Under the pieces are notes generated by a model. That model was not told where the DNA came from. It worked only from the letters and a program-made list of their open reading frames with translations, and did no database searches. From Candidatus Coprosoma sp. (GTDB lineage Bacteria > Bacillota_I > Bacilli_A > RF39 > UBA660), in contig CAWVFK010000043.1 of assembly GCA_963928595.1 (NCBI GenBank), forward strand, positions 1,995 through 65,994: 64,000 nt of DNA. Direction: 5' to 3'. How positions within the stretch are numbered: the first letter of the stretch is position 1; each line of letters starts with the position of its first letter. A program made the position numbers and the translations under genes. Positions 50,485-56,531 of the stretch are shown here, in pieces.

Positions 50485-51390
50485 ATGACATTTTTGGTAT
50501 TTATAATAGTACTGGCTATTGCGATATTCATTGTTTTATATCGTAATAACAGTAATAGTAATAATGTTTATAAATTTATAAACAAAAAAATTGGTGTAAT
50601 TTATGATAAGTATGCTCCTTATTCATTTAAAGTGGTTAGGGAAAAGGTTAAGGAGTTAGGACAGGAATATACTCCAAGACAATATGCAATTCAAATTGTC
50701 GTGTTTGCTGTTAGTTCAGCGGTTATTACTTATTTGTATTTTTACAATATTGTCGTTTCTTTGATATATTCAGCATTATCTGTTTTAGTTATTCCTTATT
50801 TAACTTATTTAAGATGTAAAAGGTTATATAGTGAATTTATTTTTGAACAAGTTCAGGTATATACGACAAATACGATTATGGAGTTTGCAACAACTCAATC
50901 ATTTGTTAAAGCTTTAGAAGGTGTATATGCTTCTAATGTACTTGAAGATCCAGTTAAATCAGATGTTAAGATGATGATTGATATGGCATATGAGAATGGT
51001 ACTATTGATCAATCTCTTAATTATATGAATTCTAAATATGATTTTTACATTGTTAGAAATATGCATCAACTATTTTTACAAATTACTAATGAAGGTTCAA
51101 GGGATTCTGGTGAATCACTTGAAAACATGAGCCAAGATATAGATATGCTAGTTGAATCGGTTTATCGTGATAGAATTGATAGAGCTTCATTCCATAAAAA
51201 GTTTTTACAATTTGGTATTATCCTTTATTTGATGGTCATGCTTATACAATTTATGCTTGGTATGGAAACTTATAATCAGATGTTAGCAGACTGGTGGGTA
51301 CAACTTTTATTACACGGTATTATTTGGTTAAATACGTACTTTATCTTGTCTGGTGAAAAATATTATAATGAAGATGTGGGGGCGGAATAA
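50485..51390 (+). CDS. TadB-like inner-membrane platform protein (T2SF-like)
   Basis: 301 aa with the topology TM, cytoplasmic segment, 2 TM, ~130-aa helical domain, TM. Position immediately after the ATPase is typical of tadB. Confidence 0.55.
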   Translation: MTFLVFIIVLAIAIFIVLYRNNSNSNNVYKFINKKIGVIYDKYAPYSFKVVREKVKELGQEYTPRQYAIQIVVFAVSSAVITYLYFYNIVVSLIYSALSVLVIPYLTYLRCKRLYSEFIFEQVQVYTTNTIMEFATTQSFVKALEGVYASNVLEDPVKSDVKMMIDMAYENGTIDQSLNYMNSKYDFYIVRNMHQLFLQITNEGSRDSGESLENMSQDIDMLVESVYRDRIDRASFHKKFLQFGIILYLMVMLIQFMLGMETYNQMLADWWVQLLLHGIIWLNTYFILSGEKYYNEDVGAE

Positions 51391-52184
51391 TGAGTATAGG
51401 TATAACTTTTATAATTATTGCGGTTATTGTAATATTCTTACTTGAATACAATAATCATTTTAGCTCTAACAAATTCATTAAAGAAACAGAACCATATTTT
51501 AGAGTTTTAATGGAATCTGATTACGAGTTTTTATTAACGGTTAGGTATGGTGGCGATATCGATGTCAATAAAATGTACGGTTTAAGAGTTCGTAATGGTA
51601 TTATTGGTATTATATTCTGTTTGTTTATATTTTTAAATCAATTATCATTTGCATATATTTTACTTTCTTTGTTAATTGGTTTTGCGCTTTTTAAGCTGCC
51701 ATATATGCAGCTTAGTAGTTATTATAAGCAAAATTTGCATAAAATTAATTTAATGCTTCCATACTATTTAAAGGGACTAGAAATTTTAATTCAGCATTAC
51801 ACGGTTCCAGTTGCTCTTGCTAGATCTATTGATACTGCTCCTGAAATATTTAAACCAGGATTAAGAAAATTAGTGGCTAAAATAGATGCAGGTGATTCAT
51901 CTGTACAACCTTATATGGATTTTGCGAATGAATATCCTGTTCGTGATTCAATGAGAATGATGCGACTTTTGTATCGTTTGGGTCTTGGTAGCCAGGAAAA
52001 CAAGCAAGAACAGTTGATGATGTTTTCAAGAACTATATCTACTTTACAGAATAAAGCACGTGAGCAAAAGTATAAAGAGCGTTTAGAAAAGATGGAAAAT
52101 AAGACAATGGTAATGTTATTTGGTACTGGTGGAGGTATTTTAGGTTTCTTACTTTTGTCAATGATGATGATGATGAACTATTAA
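51390..52184 (+). CDS. TadC-like inner-membrane platform protein (T2SF-like)
   Basis: 264 aa with the same topology as the preceding ORF. The helical domain is LPYYLKGLEILIQHYTVPVALARSID...F..GLRKLV..ID.G. Its start overlaps the previous stop by 1 nt. Confidence 0.6.
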   Translation: MSIGITFIIIAVIVIFLLEYNNHFSSNKFIKETEPYFRVLMESDYEFLLTVRYGGDIDVNKMYGLRVRNGIIGIIFCLFIFLNQLSFAYILLSLLIGFALFKLPYMQLSSYYKQNLHKINLMLPYYLKGLEILIQHYTVPVALARSIDTAPEIFKPGLRKLVAKIDAGDSSVQPYMDFANEYPVRDSMRMMRLLYRLGLGSQENKQEQLMMFSRTISTLQNKAREQKYKERLEKMENKTMVMLFGTGGGILGFLLLSMMMMMNY

Positions 52185-52207
52185 TGATAGTCAAATTTAA
52201 TAAAATG

Positions 52208-52216
52208 TGTTATAAT
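52208..52216 (+). promoter_or_regulatory. Extended -10 element dedicated to the pilin gene
   Basis: TGTTATAAT (TGn + TATAAT at 52211-52216) lies in the only sizeable gap (59 nt) within the operon. A weak -35 TAGTCA lies 17 nt upstream. Confidence 0.5.
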
Positions 52217-52243
52217 TTAAAATAGGAGGGTAGGTGATAAGAA

Positions 52244-52480
52244 ATGAAGGAAGCAGCAGGTGAAGCAAACTTAACAGTTGTTGCAATTATTTTGATTGGT
52301 GTTATCGTTGCTGTTGTTACACCACTTATTACTAGTTTGATGAGTAATACAGCCAGTAGGGCTTGTTGTACAGATGCTGGTGGTGTATGGAAAGGTGGTC
52401 AATGTACACCAGGTGATAGTAATTCTTATGATGCGTCAAGCTATCGAACATGTGTTGAAAATTCTAATTCAGACAATTAA
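52244..52480 (+). CDS. Candidate major pilin (Flp-like size, atypical leader, Cys-rich C-terminus)
   Basis: 78 aa: MKEAAG-EANLTVVAIILIGVIVAVVTPLITSLM, then a hydrophilic tail with 4 Cys (RACC...GQC...RTC). Strong RBS (AGGAGGG). It has its own promoter and terminator. Confidence 0.6.
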   Translation: MKEAAGEANLTVVAIILIGVIVAVVTPLITSLMSNTASRACCTDAGGVWKGGQCTPGDSNSYDASSYRTCVENSNSDN

Positions 52481-52493
52481 TTGCTTGCTTTAA

Positions 52494-52515
52494 AGCAAGT
52501 TTTTCTTGATAAGGC
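52494..52515 (+). terminator. Hairpin terminator/attenuator directly after the pilin gene
   Basis: CTTGCT (52494-52499) pairs with AGCAAG (52504-52509), 4-nt loop, then TTTTTCTTG. Confidence 0.55.
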
Positions 52516-52526
52516 GGTGATTTAAA

Positions 52527-53024
52527 GTGCGTGAGAGTATTGGTAGTGTGTTTCTATATAATATAATAATTATATTTGTTATTATAGTATTTGGTTTGCT
52601 TTCAGCAACTATTAGTTATTATAAAGCTTTTAAAGTTAATGAACGCCTTTTGTTTTCCTTGGATAAATTTGAAGGTTATAATAGATTTTCTAAAGAAGAG
52701 ATGGAGAATTTTTTGGCGAGTATTGGATATACATATAATCCAGATGGTCAAAGTGATTGTCCTAAGGAAAAAGATGGTGGGGTTTTAATTAGTACTAATA
52801 ATACTCATTATTTGTATTGTGTATATTATCATGAAGATGATAGGGGAAGCCAAGAACAAAATAGACTTAATGATGATGATGAACCCATTTACTATAATTA
52901 TGCATTAACTAGTTATATCTATGTTGATTTACCAATTGTCGGTGCCTTTAAATTGCCGGTTTATACAAAGGGTGAAAGAATATATAATTTTAGTGATAGC
53001 CAAGAACAGGGGGCGAGAGTATGA
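52527..53024 (+). CDS. Pilin-like/pseudopilin candidate, paralog A
   Basis: 165 aa with GTG start. MRESIG-SVFLYNIIIIFVIIVFGLLSATISYYKAFKVN. Shares IGY, CP, YLYCVY and YIYVDLPIVG...LPV blocks with the next ORF. Confidence 0.55.
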   Translation: MRESIGSVFLYNIIIIFVIIVFGLLSATISYYKAFKVNERLLFSLDKFEGYNRFSKEEMENFLASIGYTYNPDGQSDCPKEKDGGVLISTNNTHYLYCVYYHEDDRGSQEQNRLNDDDEPIYYNYALTSYIYVDLPIVGAFKLPVYTKGERIYNFSDSQEQGARV

Positions 53025-53506
53025 AAGAAGCTATAGCAAATGCAGGTATATTTAATCTAGTCATTATATTTGTTATAATTCTAATTGCTTTCTTTATTGG
53101 CTCACTTTCTTATTCTAAAGCTTTTAAAGTAAAAAATAAGATAATTGAAGAGATTGAAAAAGATCAAGCTTATACTACTGGTGTAAATAATTCTACTGAA
53201 GATAGAGTAGAAGAATGGATTGGGAATATTGGTTATAGAGTAAATACTGGTAATGATAGAAATAGTGTGAATTGTCCTACAGTTACTGGCAATGGCGGAG
53301 AGCAAGGTAAACTTGTAAATTCTGATGGTGATTATCAGTATTGCGTGTATGAGTTTGACACTTGTACAGCTAGGTCTGATAAGGCAAAATGTGGTAAGTA
53401 TTACCGTGTAACAGCTTATATGTATTTTGATATTCCAATTTTAAGTGGTTTACTTAGAATACCAGTAAGTGGTGAGACTATGATATTTAATGAGGTAGAT
53501 AGTTAA
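53021..53506 (+). CDS. Pilin-like/pseudopilin candidate, paralog B
   Basis: 161 aa: MKEAIANAG-IFNLVIIFVIILIAFFIGSLSYSKAFKVKN with IGY, NCP, YQYCVY and YMYFDIPILSG..RIPV. It has 4 Cys and overlaps the previous ORF by 4 nt. Confidence 0.55.
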   Translation: MKEAIANAGIFNLVIIFVIILIAFFIGSLSYSKAFKVKNKIIEEIEKDQAYTTGVNNSTEDRVEEWIGNIGYRVNTGNDRNSVNCPTVTGNGGEQGKLVNSDGDYQYCVYEFDTCTARSDKAKCGKYYRVTAYMYFDIPILSGLLRIPVSGETMIFNEVDS

Positions 53507-53520
53507 GGAGGCGAAGAAGA

Positions 53521-54531
53521 GTGAATGTAATAATTGCTAATAAATATCGTGATGCTTTAGCTAGTTTAGATATTGAAGTTATTAAAAAACTGGAAGGAGA
53601 ATTTACAGTTGATGAAATTATTGAAACATTTAAAAATTTCTTTTTCCAGAAAATGATTTTAGATATTACAGCTTTAAAGGATTATAAAAACATTAAAACT
53701 TTACAACAGTTATCTTTATCGCTTGATATGGATAGAGTGATATTATTATTGGATGGTTCACCCGAAACTTCTGATCCAGAATATTTATCTGATTTAATTT
53801 CGATGAGAATATATAATTTTACGATGAATGTTGAGGGCGTTAAATGGTTATATGATCATCCTAATAGTTATCGTGATGTAGCGCAGTATCATCAGTTAGA
53901 TACAACTCATGGTGCTGGCTATGCTAGTCCGACGATTCAACCCCAAGGATATCAGGATTTTAAACAAAATACTGTGATTTGTTTTAAAGATATTACTCCT
54001 GGAGCTGGGGCTACTACATTAACTTATATTGCTAAAAAACAATTGGCTCGTAATTATGATGTTGTGGCTATTGAAGTTGATAAACATGATTTTATGTATT
54101 TTGATGAAGATAAGATGTATAGTGTTTCTAGTAATGAGCTTGGTAATACTATTTCTAAATATAATAATGCTGAAGTCATTTTGATCGATGGAAATACAAG
54201 TCAAACAACCGAAGCTTTGGCTAATGAGACGATTTATTTATTGGAGCCTTCTAAGATTCAGCTTAATAAATTATTGGCTCGTGATCCTAATGTTTTAGAA
54301 AGAAATAAGAATAAAAAAGTTGTTTTGAATCAATGTATGTTAAGTAGCCAAGACGTTTCTGATTTTGAATATGAGACAGGACTTAGTGTTTTTGCTACGA
54401 TACCGCCTTTAAATGACCAAAGTGCTGATAATGAAGCTTTAGATAAATTTTTAGTTAAACTTGGTTTTTATAAACAAGATGTTTCTAGTCAAGTTGGTAA
54501 TAAAAAAGGTCTTATGGGACTGTTTAAATAG
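53521..54531 (+). CDS. TadZ/CpaE-like protein (receiver-like N-domain + degenerate ParA/MinD ATPase domain)
   Basis: 336 aa. The C-terminal half begins VICFKDITPGAGATTLTYIAKKQLAR..DVVAIEVD, a ParA/MinD-type P-loop position that lacks the canonical Lys. The N-terminal ~110 aa resemble a small alpha/beta domain. The operon position fits tadZ. Confidence 0.5.
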   Translation: MNVIIANKYRDALASLDIEVIKKLEGEFTVDEIIETFKNFFFQKMILDITALKDYKNIKTLQQLSLSLDMDRVILLLDGSPETSDPEYLSDLISMRIYNFTMNVEGVKWLYDHPNSYRDVAQYHQLDTTHGAGYASPTIQPQGYQDFKQNTVICFKDITPGAGATTLTYIAKKQLARNYDVVAIEVDKHDFMYFDEDKMYSVSSNELGNTISKYNNAEVILIDGNTSQTTEALANETIYLLEPSKIQLNKLLARDPNVLERNKNKKVVLNQCMLSSQDVSDFEYETGLSVFATIPPLNDQSADNEALDKFLVKLGFYKQDVSSQVGNKKGLMGLFK

Positions 54532-54541
54532 TCTCTTTTTT
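54516..54541 (+). terminator. Terminator closing the pilus operon
   Basis: GGGACT (54516-54521) pairs with AGTCTC (54530-54535, one G-U), 8-nt loop, then TTTTTTATTT. Confidence 0.5.
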
Positions 54542-54565
54542 ATTTGTAAAACTCTTTTATTTCTA

Positions 54566-54594
54566 TTGACAAAAATGGCAATAAAAGGTATATT
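54566..54594 (+). promoter_or_regulatory. SigA-type promoter of the T4SS pilin-like genes
   Basis: TTGACA (54566-54571), 17-nt spacer, TATATT (54589-54594). RBS GAGGAGG precedes the 54625 ATG. Confidence 0.65.
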
Positions 54595-54624
54595 TATAGT
54601 ATGAGTTAAGAGGAGGTTAATTTT

Positions 54625-54975
54625 ATGAATTTAGTAAATACTTTAGAATATTGTGCCGGAACTTTAGGTAATGGTATTCCAGAGGGAATTGGAAATGTTG
54701 TTCATTTGATTGTTGTAGCTATTCAAGTTGTAGTTCCAATATTATTAATTATTTGGGGTATGATTGATTTTGCTAAAGCTATTATTGGTCAAGATGAAGA
54801 TAAAATTAAAGCTGGTCAAAGAACATTTTTAAAGAGATTAATTGCGGCAGTAGTTGTATTCTTAGTTGTTACAATTGTTAATTTGGCAATTAATTTAGCA
54901 GCTAGTGTTGGCGGTGAAGGAAATGATGCTAATACTGCTTGGACTTGTGCAAAAGAATTAATTAATGGACATTAG
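54625..54975 (+). CDS. VirB2/TrbC-like T4SS pilin-like hairpin membrane protein, paralog 1
   Basis: 116 aa with two TM helices flanking a charged loop (VVPILLIIWGMIDFAKAIIGQDEDKIKAGQRTFLKRLIAAVVVFLVV). One Cys lies in each extracytoplasmic tail (EYCAG, WTCAKELING). Confidence 0.65.
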   Translation: MNLVNTLEYCAGTLGNGIPEGIGNVVHLIVVAIQVVVPILLIIWGMIDFAKAIIGQDEDKIKAGQRTFLKRLIAAVVVFLVVTIVNLAINLAASVGGEGNDANTAWTCAKELINGH

Positions 54976-55010
54976 TCTTTAGATTTTGATTTAGAAAGTA
55001 GGAATTTGAT

Positions 55011-55403
55011 ATGGATTTATTTTATCTATTAGATGCTGCTGATTCAACATTATGTGAGGGTATTTTAGTTCCAAATGTTTTGTTTAATGTTGTGTCAACC
55101 ATTATTACAGGTATTAAAATAGTAGTTCCAATATTATTAATTATATGGGGAATGCTTGATTTTGCAAAATCTGTTATTGCAAAAAAGGAAGAAGATATTA
55201 AAAAATATCAAAAAGCCTTTGTATCACGTCTTATTTCTGCTTTAATTGTATTTTTAATAATATTTGTAGTTCAACTTGCTGTTAATTTAGTTTCTGGAGT
55301 AGAGGATAGTGCTAATCCAGATGGTACAACTGTCAGTGACATATGGAGCTGTAGTAAGAAATTTATTAATGGTGTTGATACTAATGAAAATGCTGAAGAA
55401 TAG
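55011..55403 (+). CDS. VirB2/TrbC-like T4SS pilin-like hairpin membrane protein, paralog 2
   Basis: 130 aa with the same architecture as paralog 1. VVPILLIIWGM.DFAK matches paralog 1, and 23 nt are identical at DNA level (54730-54752 = 55122-55144). The Cys residues lie in STLCEG and WSCSKKFING. Confidence 0.65.
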   Translation: MDLFYLLDAADSTLCEGILVPNVLFNVVSTIITGIKIVVPILLIIWGMLDFAKSVIAKKEEDIKKYQKAFVSRLISALIVFLIIFVVQLAVNLVSGVEDSANPDGTTVSDIWSCSKKFINGVDTNENAEE

Positions 55404-55431
55404 AGTTATCGAATTGATAATTCTATTTTTA
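55402..55431 (+). terminator. Terminator after the two pilin-like genes
   Basis: AGAGTTATC (55402-55410) pairs with GATAATTCT (55416-55424, one G-U), 5-nt loop, then ATTTTTA. Confidence 0.6.
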
Positions 55432-55461
55432 TGTTTTGTCAATTTTTTGTATATTAATTGT

Positions 55462-55489
55462 TTGTTACTTTACTAAATTATGTTATAAT
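55462..55489 (+). promoter_or_regulatory. Promoter with extended -10 for the downstream T4SS genes
   Basis: TTGTTA (55462-55467), 16-nt spacer ending in TGT, TATAAT (55484-55489). Confidence 0.5.
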
Positions 55490-55521
55490 GATTATGTATT
55501 ATATTCTAAGTGGGTGACTTT

Positions 55522-56517
55522 ATGAAAAAAATTTTTGCTTCAATTGTTATAATTATTAGCATATTTTTTATAAAAATTAATGATGTTAGTGCTGCGTGTA
55601 GTTGTTATTTTACTGGTCAATTAATGACTGATAATGATGGATATAGAACAGACTATTTGTTGGAAGTGAGTTTAACAGCAGGTCAAGATCCTAAAATTAT
55701 ATATTTTGGTGAAAGTGGTTTTGATGTTGAATCTGGTGAAAGTGGGGCTTATAATAATTTAACCAACGAAATGGTTTCAAACAATAAATTTTTGAAAAAT
55801 TTTGGTGATGATCAACGTGCTCTTGCTGACAATGTTGCTAAAGCAGGTTGCCCAGTTACTGGAGCTTCTGCTGGCTGTAATCGTTTTACCATTTATTATG
55901 AAAGCTGGGATGGACCATCGGGTAGAGATAGGAGAATTTTTTGGAAAGCTCCAACTATAAGTGAAAATGTGCCTATTATTGGTAGTATACCTGGAGTTGG
56001 TGATCAGGTTGCTTGGGATCCAACAGCTGTTCATTCTGATAAATTTAGAGCAATTTCTAAAGAAAATTACTCAAAATTAAAAAAGGCTGATAGTGCTGCT
56101 AGCACTATTGAAGATTTAGGCCTCGAAGATTCTGATTTTTCTGCAGAAATTCTTGCAATTCGAAAATGGGCACAACAGACAGGTCAAACTAATATTGAAG
56201 ATATTGGTGATCCCTGCTTAATTATTGATGGCTCACTACAAGAATTATTAAGTCATGTTTTTTGGATTATTAGTATTTTAGGAATTATATTGGTTGTTGT
56301 GATGACAGCATTAAGTTTTATAAAAGCGATTGTTGGATCTGATGACGAAAAATTTAGGGATGCTTTTAGACATTTATTTACAAGAATTATTGTTGTAATC
56401 ATTCTTTTATTACTTCCAATGCTTTTAAGATTTATAATATCTATAATTAATGATAATGTGTCTGGCGTTGTTAAAATTGGTTCAGATGGTAAAACACCAT
56501 TTTGTGATATTGCCTAG
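55522..56517 (+). CDS. Secreted Cys-containing ectodomain fused to a C-terminal VirB2-like TM hairpin
   Basis: Start MKKIFASIV (ATG 55522) with signal peptide ...NDVSA/A. A ~220-aa ectodomain follows. The C-terminal WIISILGIILVVVMTALSFIKAIVGSDDEKFRDAFRHLFTRIIVVIILLLL aligns with the hairpin of the two small pilin-like proteins. Cys residues flank the hairpin (DPCLII, PFCDIA). Confidence 0.6.
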   Translation: MKKIFASIVIIISIFFIKINDVSAACSCYFTGQLMTDNDGYRTDYLLEVSLTAGQDPKIIYFGESGFDVESGESGAYNNLTNEMVSNNKFLKNFGDDQRALADNVAKAGCPVTGASAGCNRFTIYYESWDGPSGRDRRIFWKAPTISENVPIIGSIPGVGDQVAWDPTAVHSDKFRAISKENYSKLKKADSAASTIEDLGLEDSDFSAEILAIRKWAQQTGQTNIEDIGDPCLIIDGSLQELLSHVFWIISILGIILVVVMTALSFIKAIVGSDDEKFRDAFRHLFTRIIVVIILLLLPMLLRFIISIINDNVSGVVKIGSDGKTPFCDIA

Positions 56518-56531
56518 TAAAGGAGGATTTT

